DNA of 64,000 bases from Bugula neritina (Eukaryota > Animalia > Bryozoa): assembly GCA_964035545.1 (NCBI GenBank), contig OZ037766.1, forward strand, positions 27,697,673 to 27,761,672, written 5' to 3'. The position numbers and the translations under genes are program-made. Shown piece by piece: positions 51,371 to 64,000 of the stretch. The notes under the pieces are model-generated. The model did not search any database and was not told the origin of the DNA. It worked only from the letters and a program-made list of their open reading frames with translations. How positions within the stretch are numbered: position 1 is the stretch's first letter; every line of letters starts with the position of its first letter.

Positions 51371-52644
51371 TTTCAATTTTAATTTTCAAATCTAAGTTGA
51401 ATATAAAAAACTGTCTGATAAACTTGAAGTATATTAAATTTAATATACTTCTAGTCATACTATATTCACTTATTAATATTTAGTTAAATTGACATTGAAA
51501 TTCATAATAATTATGGTAATATCATCAATATATTAAATTTTAAGTTAGTTTTGCTGAGTAAATAATGAAATTTAAAAATTTAAAATTGTTATTTGTTATT
51601 AATATTATAAACTTAAAGTTAAAAAGATATTGTATCATGAATGAATATTTAAAATTAGGATAATCATAGTCACCTTATGGCCTATGGCCTAGTCCCAGGG
51701 GCTATGTCTATTAGTATTGAAGATGTATTTAAAAAATTGTTTGCTTTCAAAAGCATACTTTTAACTTTAATGCCAAACATATTTATTTTATGAGCACAGG
51801 CTGAGTAAAAATTTACATCTTTGCACCTAGGTAGCTAGGCTACTGTTGGTAAGCCTAAAGTCCTCCGACTGACTGCAAAACAACGTAAAACATTAAAGGT
51901 TTTTAGTATCATTGTTGAAATGTAATAAACATGGTCAAAATTTCACTTCAAATACACCTTATTTTGGCCATTTTGTCTTTCTATTTTGTTTAAAATGATA
52001 TTTCTAATTTGCTTTAAATTGGTTCACAGTATCAGCAAAGAAAAATAAGTAGCGTAGTTACTTTTTAATTGTGAATGGTTGTGTTAAATCACCATATTTT
52101 GTGTTACAGCAAAAGAAATAAGTACAAACAATTAGTATAAAATCCAATTCGATTGAATCCCTAATAGAGTTCCTCTTGTATCTCATATTGAATAATTCTG
52201 TTTACAACAAAAGCATCATGGTAAAAATTACTTGGTGTTGGTAATTATTAGCATGAAATGGTTGAAGGGTGTTACAGTTTTTGAGATTAGCAATAATCAA
52301 AACTAATTATTGTGGTTGTGATTATAAACATCTTCAGATTTATTGCTAACATAAATTAGAATGTGTTGACAGATTAGATTAGATTTGAATTTCAAATACA
52401 TACAGTATATAAACCATAGAAAAGTTCTATGCTTTGGACCAATTGATAAACCTATAAATTGTATCTAGTTTTGTTTTCTATTAATGACACAGAAATCACA
52501 ATTCTTTCAACTTGCTTACTGTAAGATTTATTATGTAGATCATTTCTTTGATTCGATTTTCATCTTTATTTCAGCATTTGTTTGGGCTTGATCACTTAAT
52601 CATAATAAAAGATCTGAGTTTATTTAAAGACTTTGCTGATAGAT

Positions 52645-54731
52645 ATGGCATCTACGACAGTTCCTGATGGTACGTTCAGTTCTCTTATCTTTTAAGTTGC
52701 TCCACTATATGATGCACATTTATGCTCATGCTAGTAAAAAAAAACAATGAATCGCAACACAACATTCGGTGAAAATCAAGTGTCATAAACAGTCATGCAA
52801 AAAATTTTTCCCCCTCACTAAAAACAAATTTAGAACTTGGTCAACACAAGTTGTGTGAGGTAAACTGTTCATGCTGTCGAGGGTGTGCGCTTGCTGACTC
52901 TTTACTCTCTTTGTAAAGCGCCACCTCCTTCATACGACACGTTGCTAGAGGAAGGCAAGCTGAAGACAGGAGACCATAGCCAGGATGCAGCATTATCGGG
53001 AGCTCTGGTGGACCCTGACACAACCACCCCTGTGGCCGGAGGCACTGATAGTGACTCTGCTATATTCAGTAGCTGCAGAGAGGGGGTAACTCTAGTGTTG
53101 GGATGTGGCTGTGGAATACTAGCCTGTCTGGGTTTAGGATTAGCTCTGCCCATAGTTGAGATATACTTCGGTGAGTTTAAGCTGGAGAAAGGACATTATA
53201 AGCTCTAGATTTGCAGCTTATTACTCAATACGCAAATGTTGAAACTAATAAAAAGAAAATGGTTGAACGTGATAGAATAAAATGCTGAACATTTTTAAAT
53301 TGTGTAAATGAAAACATTATACGGATTTTATTTTAGATTATACATGCGTTGCCTTCAATGCACCAAAACTGTTAACTGGAAGGAGTATTTTATTGAGCAG
53401 CTAGTATCTTAGAAAACCCTTTTTTTGAGCCAAGTTATTTGTTTCTGGACTGCAGTTTCTTAATTCTAACCACAAGTTGCTTCTACAGTTTTACTATTTT
53501 AAGCGTATTTGCAGTGTTGGTTGGCAATAACATTGCCTTGATGCATATATTATATATTTCATATGAAACTAAATTACCAGCATAAATTTTTATCTATAAT
53601 CACTACTAGTTTAGAGCACTGCACCAGATTCTAGCAATCAACCAATTGAAACTTTACTGTAAAGTATTTCTACATATCTATGTGTTATGAAGCAACCATA
53701 CAGTCATGTGTTGTGTTGGTCCTATTGCCAGTTTTATTAGGGATGATTTTATACTGTAGGACATGAGTATTTGGATTTATGTCCAGCTCAGCAATTGCTC
53801 CCAGTCTATCTCATTGTGTCGGGCTCAGTGATGGGACTCGCAGTGTCTGGTGGAACAGGCTCTAAGGCTAAGAGTTCAGGTTAGTTTTAACTTCTAATAT
53901 CAGCTCATTTTAGTTTACGTAAGATTTTGCGATTTTTTCTCAACTTCATATTTTATATTTGATGTTTAAGGAAAAAATACTTTGCAATGAAATGTTAGTG
54001 CCCTGCACACCTCTACATTGTACGTTATATAATTCTTACTACCTGCACACCTCTAGCTGTCACCATTGCTTTTTATACTTTGTAGATGATGATGACTCTG
54101 CAGGAAAATGCTGTCGGTGGTGTGTTGTCAGCATTTTATTTCTATTTTTATTTGTATGGCTGATTTGCGGTGAGTTTTTACTGTTTGTTAAATTTAGTTA
54201 ATTTTGTTTGTTGCATGGCAATTCTACTCAACTTAGCTGTTCCTCTTGAAATCTTTGTGAATCAACCACTCAGATTTTAAATCAACTGGTTTTATAATTT
54301 GACATTTCAATGGAATAACATGCGTACTTGAAGCAGTACTCTTTTGATGTCATTATTACTGACAACACGATTTATTCTTTCAAACAGGAAGTGTTTGGGT
54401 GTTTCAAATGAAAGAGTGTGATGGAGCTGTGACCAACACGACAAGTTCAAAGCATTGCTTTACATCAAGCTATTTCGTTCTCGCAGCTAGTGAGCTTGGT
54501 TTGCTTGGCCCTACCAAGATTGAGTTTTGTGACATATTTATTTATAATTTGGCATATTGGACAATTATAACCAAGTGGATTCTGATTGGTTGTTGCCTGT
54601 TGATTGCTGTTGCGATAGTAGTTGCTTCATCCGTATCGAAATGGTGCAAGGAAGATGATGAACAAGGCTCTACTCACAGTAATCAGGAAGACACCCCTGT
54701 TCAGTTGACTTCTATCAACGAAGCTACTTAG
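52645..54731 (+). CDS. TMEM272-like four-TM membrane protein, 274 aa; exons 52645-52669, 52919-53170, 53760-53879, 54086-54169, 54388-54731
   Basis: Phase-consistent exons total 825 nt. Motifs LPIVEIYFGHEYLDLCPAQQLLPVYLIVSG, FLFVWLICGSVWVF and FCDIFIYNLAYW fit the TMEM272 family pattern. N-terminal PPPSY motif; four hydrophobic segments. Confidence 0.8.
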
Positions 54732-56797
54732 GCTATCTTATCTTAACACCTACTAATCTGCCTAGCCTGTGTCCAGTATTCAAGTTAATAGAATCTGGCT
54801 TTGACTGAAATCACCTTCATTTACATAAATATGGCTGTACATGGACATGCGCCAATGTGTATGCTCTGTTTTCATTATTGCCCCAGTAATTTGAAGAGCA
54901 ATGAGTTCTTTGTGTAAAAATTTGCTAGAAGAACATTAATTTAAGTTTCAAGTTTTATTATAATGATGCAATAAGTTATTAGTAATCTTGGATATTATAT
55001 CCCTCTCATTGTCTTGCCAGTCATAAGCTTAGGTGCCTTCGAGTGACGTATTTACTTTGTATAATGTTGTCTTCACCAGCATGGTTATAGCATTTTTCAC
55101 ACCTCTCTTTATAGTCTGTGTTAATTTATATAGCATGCATCTTTCATATTTTTGAGCACTTACATTTATATATACTTACTGTGTCTTTCTGTTGTATGCT
55201 TTTGGGTCGTAGATGGCTAGAATTGAATTTGCGAGTTGTAAAATGTAGCTGCCCTGGTTTATTAATACTCCTAAAAATGCTTCACTCATATTAGCTAACT
55301 GTGTTGTGCTCCCTTTTGATAATGTATATAGCCAACTAATTATTATATTTTTAAGTTATATATTTTAGAATTAAAGTATTTTGAAATGTTAGAATACTTT
55401 CATCATCTATATACCATCCTCATACTGTTCACCTAGTCTCATCATCACGTTCTGTTGTGAAATATTTTACTCATATTTTCAATATCATATGCTGGAATTG
55501 CTAAAATAAATGCATTACCATTTATTTTAGCAGTATACATGGTTTCAATTATTCTCTATCATTATTATGCTGTGTTGCATCTCCTTTTTTCAAGTGGTGC
55601 AATGTAGCTCATTATGAGTGCTACAGGGCATAGATTGTTATGTTTTTAGCAAGCAACATGTTTGCATATTGCTTGTAAGAAATTGCAATAATTTCGTTAC
55701 AGATTGCTTCATATGTTACACCCTACAAGCATGATCAGTAACCAAATAATGTTTTAGGAAAACATATCTTTCAATTATATTATGTAGTTCTAAGCTAATG
55801 TCAAACCAACTTGGCAAAAGTGAAGCCAGGTAATGCTGTTTTAAAGCAGATGTTTCAAGCCTTAAAGAATGCTTAAGCCCACAATGAACACAAACCCCTC
55901 ACCACAGGGGGGGATAGCTTTACACTATCTGCTTTGTAACAGTGTTGCTACATTACAAAGGAAGAGTTAGGTTGCGATTGTACGTGAATGCAATAATAAT
56001 TTATCCATGCACAGTTTAAACAGATCACAGCAAAACACCTGAGGAAGTTGAAAGTTAAATCTTGTTTTGCTATGAGTTTCATTAATGCATTGAATGATGG
56101 ACTGTCTGTTAATTAAATAGTGCACAGTAATGCTTTAAGTTATTACTCACGAATAGTTACAAAACAGGATTTTAAAATAATCCAATAAACTGTACAGCAA
56201 TTGAAAATAATTGAGTTCAGTATATTTTGAACTGGATAAAATGCTATACAGCAATTGGGTAAAATAATATTATATAGTCACATATGATATGAGTTATTCG
56301 AATGTTAAAATATAGTTTCAGTGCACAAAATCATGCAGAGCATGTAGCTTACAGCTAGTAGTCATAGAAAATATATTCAACAATGCCACCAGCATTTACC
56401 AATAAAACGCTGTTTTATCAGCTGATATAAAAATGATTCCTCTGAAGGAATAGCAGAGTGTAAAATCCAAGACGTAAAAATATTACAACATGAAAAATTG
56501 ATATGGCATCCTTGTACATTAGATGACATCCAAAAATATAATTAAAATATTGCTAATACTTCTTGGTATTAAAAAAATACACGAAAAATCTCATCATTTG
56601 CAGGCAAGCAGAATGGAATCATCATATTATATAAATATACATGTATATCATATGGTGACATATAGATAATGATGTAATCTGGTGAAGGGTAAAACATAAG
56701 TATATAATGCGTAGTTTACATTATCAGTTACATAACAAAAAATTAAAGTAGACATTTACCAAATGCTTAGTTTAGATTAAAATTCAGTCACAATAGT

Positions 56798-59700
56798 TTA
56801 AAGCACCACCCTTATCATCCCAGGGTTGGACATGGAATGCCTACAACAAACAATATATGGTTAGACAGCTTGCTTTATTAATGGCAGCATTTAAAGAAGG
56901 GGGACAGACTCATCTTATAGTAAAACGAAGATGGCTTCAATTCTTATCTTTCAGCATAATGCAAGTCTTCGTTGTATTAAAACTCAATTAAAACAGCAAA
57001 CGGAGATGTGTGTATTAGTGAATTAGCTGCTAAAAGTATAATATTTTATTATAAAGTTTATTGTTTAAAGTGCTGTGATAACAGAAACTATTGGCTAACT
57101 GCCAAGAACTTACTGTATATTGTTTTTGTTTAAATACGCGAGTACAGCACTCCGAACTTTCGGTACGCCTCCTTTGGAGTTATTTCCACGGCCAGTTACT
57201 AGGTAGACATACTTCTCTTTTCCTGGTGCAAAGTTAAAAGTAGATATAAGGATGAAGAAAAGGAGTGGAGTGGTTATAGCACATAAAATGCTATAGTGTG
57301 TATCATTTTATACTATAACATATAATATTTAATACATGGTATTGCAATAATGTAAACTTGTACAGTATATAATATGGCAGATATAATCGTGTGAAATATC
57401 ATATGGTTTGAAATGGAAACACAATAATGATCATAATAAATCTCAGTGTGAAGTAGTTACACACATAACTTTCTAAAAGATGAAAGAATAAAATGGCCAG
57501 AATGGATACACATGGACAGAGTGAGTAAGTGCACATTTCAAGCTCCACTACAAATTATCTTCAAAATAAAACCCACCTCGTCGCTTAGCCAGGATGATTT
57601 GTTCCACAACGAGCACCGCCTCATGAGGGTGAAGGCCGTGCAGGTCTGCTTCCTGCCGATCCCTGTTTGAGTTGTTGTGTCGAAATATTTGAGAGGCTGC
57701 CTGGAAGTTGGCCTCTTTTTGTTTGCTCTTATGATCCTGCGCCTGTAAGCAAGACGTTCACACATTAAATAATATGAAACCAACTCTAACAGACCATGTA
57801 AAACTCTGCCAGTCAGGGTCAGATACCACTAAAATATCTCACCATTATAACTTATATAAAATCCTGCAAGTTGTTTGATATTGTATTTAAGTCAGTTTTC
57901 AATTGCATTTCAGTCAAATTTTTGATAATTCAAATTGTGGAGTGGTAACGTTCAAACTTAGACCATTATATCTTGGTGCTCACTAAACTTTATACAGGTT
58001 TGCTAATTATTATCCATACAGTGTACTAGAAATCAACAAGTAACCATCAATCGGTATCATACCATTCGTCCGTAATGGTAGCCAACATCAAACTGCTTTT
58101 TCATAAAAGCATTTCGGGCCTTTTCCTCGCACTTCTTTTTCTCTTCCATATGAATTAGAGCCTCAGCTCTGAACTCATTATATCCGGCTTTGTTCTCATA
58201 TTCTTCCATATCGAACCACTGTTGGAACACAGGACACATGCATTCACAAAGAATTGCTAAGATACAGATAATTTGTTGTTATACAAGAAGTAACAACTCC
58301 ACTTGTGTGCAGGTAACTTAGACTAAGAACAATGCAATAATGACCTGATCGTCGCCGTGGACTGCACCGTTGAGAGACACGGGAACTGCAGAGGCACCAT
58401 CACTGCTCTCAGCTTTCGCCCCATGACTTGGTACTGGTGGAGATGATACTTTTGCTTTGGAGTTTGCTGCAGGAGTCAAAAACAAATCAACTTCACAGAC
58501 AAGTGGTAACGTATGAGGGGAAATGTTATGTCTCCTCATACAGCAGAGATAGAAGGCAGTTTACAGTTTATAACTGGCAGAAGGAACGCAAATGAGGTTA
58601 GCACATGTGACAGAGTATATAAAACTCATGTGAGCTTCTAGTCACCATCCCTGTGAGAACCCCGGACAGAAAGGTCTCTTTTAAGTGGTTTGAGGGCTAG
58701 CAGGATTTTTGTGGCAAAGGAGCAATTATGACTTAATGCTTTGCCTAACATCACCAATGTCTTCTACTTACTAAACCAGTGCTACAACCACTAGACCACT
58801 CCCTATACTATCTAATATAAACGAACATGACTATAACAAGTTGAGAGAAATAAGACATATTTCGGTCTTTCTATGAATAAGCTGGCGTATGGCAGCTGTT
58901 CACTAGGAATCCATCTACACAACACAGTGCATGTTGACCCTAAAGTGATGACTGAAAAGTAACTAGCCTATGCTGGACAGACAACTCCTATACTAGCAGA
59001 GTGGACAACTTCTATACTAGCAGAGCAGACGACTCCTATACTAACACCCCAGACGACTCCCATACTAACAGAGCAGACAACTCCCATACTAGCAGAGCAG
59101 ACGACTTCTATACTAGCAGAGCAGACGACTCCTATACTAGCAGAGCAGACAACTTCTATACTAGCAGAGCAGACGACTCCTATACTAGCAGAGCAGACAA
59201 CTTCTATACTAGCAGAGCAGACGACTCCTATACTAACACAGCAGACGACTCCCATACTAACAGAGCAGACAACTCCCATACTAGCAGAGCAGACGACTCC
59301 TACACTTAAGTATATTGTATGTTGTACTTAGTTTATACTCACAGGAGGGTCCGTGATGTTCGCTCAGGAAGTTCAAAGATGCTTCCAGGTTATTTCTGAA
59401 AAAAAAACATTTTATACTTTTGTGATATATCACTATAAAAAAGTACACAGTACACCATATACTAGCTAACAACACACAGTACCATATATTAGCTAACAAT
59501 ACAAAGTACCATATACTAGCTAACAATACACAGTACTACACACTAGTAAATATCTCGTGAACCAGCGTATGAGAAGGGCAGAATCTCACCCGTATGCAGC
59601 AAAAACTTCATCTAGAAAGCTGCTGTCAACTTGAGGGTAGAGTTCACCAAGCTGGCGCCTCTTGAGTTTGGAGGAGAGATCCTGCGTGTTGTGGGAAAGA

Positions 59701-62700
59701 GCGTCTTCTGCTGCCAGCGACCTGGCCAGCTGCTCGTCTGTTATGAGTGAGAGTTGGTCTACAGACTGGTCATGATTTTCGGAGAGTAACTCCTCAGCAC
59801 GGAGTTTCCTGGCCAACTCTTCATCTGAAGGTAGAATAACTTGCTTGTATGAGTAGCAGTAGTATAACTACTTCAACTGGTGATATTATCAATACTACTA
59901 AACTGGTAATATCAGTATATCTAATAGCAATTATGGCATTAGTAGTAGTGGAGGTAGTAGTAGTGGTAGTAGTGGTAGTATTAGTAGTAGCAGTAGAAGC
60001 AGCAGTAGTAGTGGTGGTAGTAGTGGTAGTAGTAGTAGTAGTAGTGGTAGTAGTAGTAGCAGTACTAGTAGTATTAGTAGTAGCAGTAGCAGCAGTAATA
60101 GTAGTAGCAGTAGCAGCAGTAATAAAAGTAGTATGATAAACAGTAAAATAAGAACTAGCAGTAGTTAGTGCAAGCATTAGTATAAATAGTCTCAGAGTTA
60201 GTGGTAGTACAAGTACAACTAGTAGCCAGTGCTAGTACTATTAAAAGCAATGTATCTAGTATCTACTACGAGATAGCAACACAATCACTAAGTAGAGATA
60301 TTTGCTGACCTCTGGATGTATCAGGGACAGCATCTACTAATGACCAGCCAGCTAGAGTCGTCTTCTCCAGACTATAGTTGCTGCTTGTAATGTACTCTTG
60401 TGAATCATTAGCCTCAGGAATAACATGAGGAAGTGGGGACGCGCGTTCACCCAAACTATCCACAGCACCAAACTTGTCTGGTTGAGAAGAGAATGAGGAC
60501 TCTGCAGGCAGAGAATTCATAGATGAAGATCTTTCGTATTCGGGTGGAGGTTGCAGTATTCCTCCTAAAACACAGTCAGTTTCACCAGGAACAGTTTTAT
60601 ACAACTTTCAAAGATTAATAAATTAGCAGCCAACAAACAGGAAAATATGTGTTTGATGACTATAAATACATGGTGAGAGAGCTACCTGCAGGAATGGTGA
60701 GTTGGAGATCTGATTCAGGATTGGAGAGATCACTGTTAGTGGGTGAAGACATCACGCATCTGTATAGTCTATGAGCCACCCATCTGGGTACTTCTATATC
60801 TACTAAATCGTCTTCTATAAAACATGCCATAATAATATACCAACACATCTAGGTAGTTCTATATTTACCAAATCACCTTCTATATAACACTTGATTATAT
60901 TTATCTACTTAATTCTATATTTACTAAGTTATCTAACCTGCTTTTTAAACTGATGTAACAGTGGCCAGAGTTTGCCTAGCTCAGTATACACAAAAAAGAC
61001 TAGAGTGGAGTAAATTGAAGTCAGCCTAATACTATGATTGAACATGGCCTAAGAGCTTGGTTTAGTGCAGAGACATATTCGACCAGATCTAAGCAAAGCT
61101 AATGCCAGCTGATATAGTGTGTAACCTAGCACTTGTGTCCACCTCTAAGCCAAACCTAGACCCAGTATATCACAGCTACTTCCCAGGTTATGCAGACTTT
61201 CCAGAAAACATTCTATTTATTATGTCCATACATTAAAATGTGCCTGTTTACAAATCATCTAGTAACTTGCATTATCCACAACTTTATCTTTACTACCACT
61301 GTTGGCTATTACTTTTAGGTATAACACAGGCATTGCTCCGTTCGTTAAGCAGTCCACTCAAAAATCATCCAGCTTCTTAGCATAACAAATGCAACTGGTA
61401 CTATAAGACCACATTACCCCAACCCAGCAATCTACTGTAGATAAAAGACAGTTAGTATAAGATGTAAACATGTACAATATATATCTACAACAGTCAGCCA
61501 TAGCCTTACCCATAACTGGTGAAGGGTTGTTTTGACCAAAAACAGAATGTAGATGTGAAACTTGACTAGCTGTGAGAGAAAAGCCAACAGTAGTCTGGTT
61601 GGGTGATGGGTGGGTGGGCTGAGCCACGCGCCCCAAACACTTGGGCACAGGCAGACCTAAGGCTTTATTGAATCTCTTCACTAGTTTGCCAGTCTTGTAC
61701 TTAGCTCGTGATTCTAAGACAGATCAGAGTATAACATATACATATATGTTAGAAATCTCTTAGGCTACATATTTTGGTCTGGTTTGTGGAGCAGCAGCAA
61801 TCTCTGTGCTGCTGGAAAACTGCCTGCAACTAACACCTCATTTCCATTACTATAATAGGAATGGATGCTCTTGAATGCTGGTACAAATGAATTCGTGGTT
61901 GAGGGTTGCATTAACTTATGGTTCCAAAACACCCATTTGCATAATGCAAGCTTGAAAACGTGGTGACCTACACCAGGTGCAATATCAGAGACGGTTGGGT
62001 CATAAGTTATGCAATTTTTCCAGTCAGAGAGAGAAATTAATAGACAGAGAGATCATATTTCCAACAAAAAAGAGATAGAAAGACTAAATAGACACACACC
62101 AATATCTGGTTAGTACAATATAGCTGGTTTAGATGAAAGAAAAACATTTTAAACCAAGAGAATAGTGAACGTTTGAGTATAACATATAATATATAAACTT
62201 CAATCATGCCCACAGAGTACACTGACTGAGAGTTAGTGAGACAACTCTGAATAACAACTTACTCTTAGTGCCTGGAACACTGGAGCTTTTCTTCAGCATA
62301 TGTCTCACTTTTGGAATGTCCTCTTTGTTGGAATCAAGGAGGAGGTTGGTGGCCCACACTTCATCCTCATGGCAAAGTTCTAAGAACTCAGCTAACTGAT
62401 CCTTGGGTATCTGCATATTACGCATACAGAGTATATATTACCAACAGCTTCTAATACAGTTTAACATTCCAATTATTATACATGTATGAAGATTATCTTA
62501 TATTGGATAATATAGACCTGGAATGTATAATCTCTGAATGAGCGAGCATGTCATTTTAATATAAACCAGGTAGGGCAACTTCTAATAATTCACCAGCTCC
62601 AACTGAGCTTCACAGGCAAAGTTGTGATACTACACGAACCATGGCGAAGGGAAACTAGAGCAAACAGGAGTGGATATACATCATTTACCTGGGGGAAACA

Positions 62701-62816
62701 GGCGTGTAGGTTTGTGAGCTTATCTTGAGTTGACTCTTCAGGAGAAGTGCAATCTGATAGAGCGATTTTGTCCTCGTCAGACGTCATTGTGCCCTTATCT
62801 AAAATACATGGACGTA

Positions 62817-62880
<64 letters not shown>

Positions 62881-63200
62881 AAATTTTATCTACGCAACAC
62901 TGAGCTCTGCTTTTACCTTTATTTGAAGACATAACGTCTCAATATATTTATCTATAGTCACATAATATGCTGTAATTCAAATAGACTTTAGAATCATCAC
63001 AACATATTTTAGTAAAATAATAGTGCACACAGGTATAATGTTGACAATGTATTCCAACAACTCCCCAACACCCGCGCAGTACCACGGCGGTGAAAGGTAA
63101 CCAAGGTAGCCAACATATTCCAACAACTCACCATGGGTGACTAAAGCTGGTTTGTACAATGGATTTACAGCTGCAGGAGGAAACGGTTTTTTAGATCTCC
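56798..63200 (-). CDS. N4BP2: 3' part of a NEDD4-binding protein 2-like protein (two CUE-like domains, DUF1771, Smr domain); 5' end probably beyond the window
   Basis: The Smr domain reads EADLHGLHPHEAV...VYLVTGRGNNSKGGVPKVRSAVLAYL...SNPGMIRVVL* (exons 57577-57742, 57114-57223, 56798-56840). DUF1771-like segment YNEFRAEA...ARNAF...EANFQAASQIF. CUE-like segments LGELYPQVDSSFLDEVF..NNLEASLNFL and LHACFPQIPKDQLAEFLELC...WATNLLL. Confidence 0.82.
58975..59304. repeat. 24-nt minisatellite AGCAGACGACTCCTATACTAGCAG (x~14)
   Basis: Tandem copies filling an N4BP2-like intron; source of ORFs 58968..59279 and 59001..59309. Confidence 0.95.
59850..60240. repeat. (AGT/GGT/AGC)n microsatellite region
   Basis: Directly visible; gives poly-T/poly-V pseudo-ORFs. 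Confidence 0.9.
62819..62877. repeat. (AT)n dinucleotide microsatellite
   Basis: About 29 perfect AT units. Confidence 0.97.
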
Positions 63201-64000
63201 CTGTAACAAGCAGCCATCCTACAAGTGTAGAGAATAAATATACATGATATATAATATTATACTATCTCATCAATATTAGCAATACTTTAACAGTAACAAG
63301 TATGCAGCAGTAATAACGAATATTAGAGTTGTGCTCCCCTTTCTCAATTGCGTCGCTATATTTTAGTGACAATGAGCTTGAGCATTGAATAAATAATATC
63401 ATTATCTGCATACAATAGAGATGATGAACATAACTAAACTTTGACAGTTTCCTAATAAGTTATTGGAGGGTATTATCATAATCATAAACCAGCCAAATTC
63501 AAAAACAAACATAAAGATGATTGCAGTTTCACAAATGTGATAAACATGTATGTAGAAATTCAGAGTGAATGATGAACCAATGAAAGAAAAGTGAAGCAGC
63601 ACTTTTCTGGGTCAAAATAATTGAGTATATAATCAGGTTTTTAAAGTGTGAAAAGTAAAAAATAACCGGGCAGCATGTCATTGCATGAGAGCACAAACTG
63701 ATAGAACCGTGTCAGCTAGTTGGTACACTCTGGAAACTCAAATCAAGTCCAACCAATGTAAAAGATGGAATAATACTTGATATTCCACACAATAAGTCAA
63801 GCAATGCAAAACTTCATTATTTAAAGACTGTAATTCTAAATTGCACACACACTCCTGTGATGAATGACAGGTGCATTGAAATTCTCAAATATTACTCCAA
63901 AACACACCACAGCAGTGACTGTATCTTACCAAAAATATATGTTTTACCACCAAAAATTCATTAAAAAGTAGTTAACGGAAAATTTAATGATTTTCAAATA

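Noticed and set aside
58640-58810. SINE-like segment with an A-box-like GGTCTAGTGG on the minus strand
   Set aside because: No recognisable B box or boundaries; cannot be supported without a repeat search.
58968-59309. Regular 24-nt array that could be taken for a CRISPR array or a repeat protein
   Set aside because: Head-to-tail units without unique spacers, no cas genes, and a eukaryotic intron context.
59821-60177. Poly-Thr mucin-like and poly-Val ORFs (also 50986..51234)
   Set aside because: Translations of (AGT)n microsatellites.

Overview
AT-rich, intron-rich animal genomic DNA with GT-AG introns, probably from a marine invertebrate (inference). Most ORFs in the supplied track are exon fragments or repeat artefacts. 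Seven spliced genes can be reconstructed by hand: (1) the 3' end of an IgGFc-binding-domain protein (+); (2) a complete KIF4-type chromokinesin (-); (3) a 300-aa PhyH-family Fe(II)/2OG dioxygenase (+); (4) a ~383-aa protein with a signal peptide and three PDGFR/VEGFR-type Ig domains but no transmembrane or kinase exons (+); (5) an unrecognised Ser/Asp-rich protein (-); (6) a TMEM272-like membrane protein (+); (7) the 3' part of an N4BP2-like CUE/DUF1771/Smr protein (-). Two observations stand out. First, the three-Ig gene looks like a dedicated soluble PDGF/VEGF-receptor decoy with a PDGFRL-like architecture. Second, intron 5 of the dioxygenase holds a three-level transposon nest that can be resolved to the base: a TTAA-flanked Kolobok-type element contains a 5'-truncated LINE, whose C-terminal zinc knuckle is split by a CACAG-ended CMC/EnSpm-like element. 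All exon coordinates were read by eye and family assignments come from motif recognition, not from database searches.
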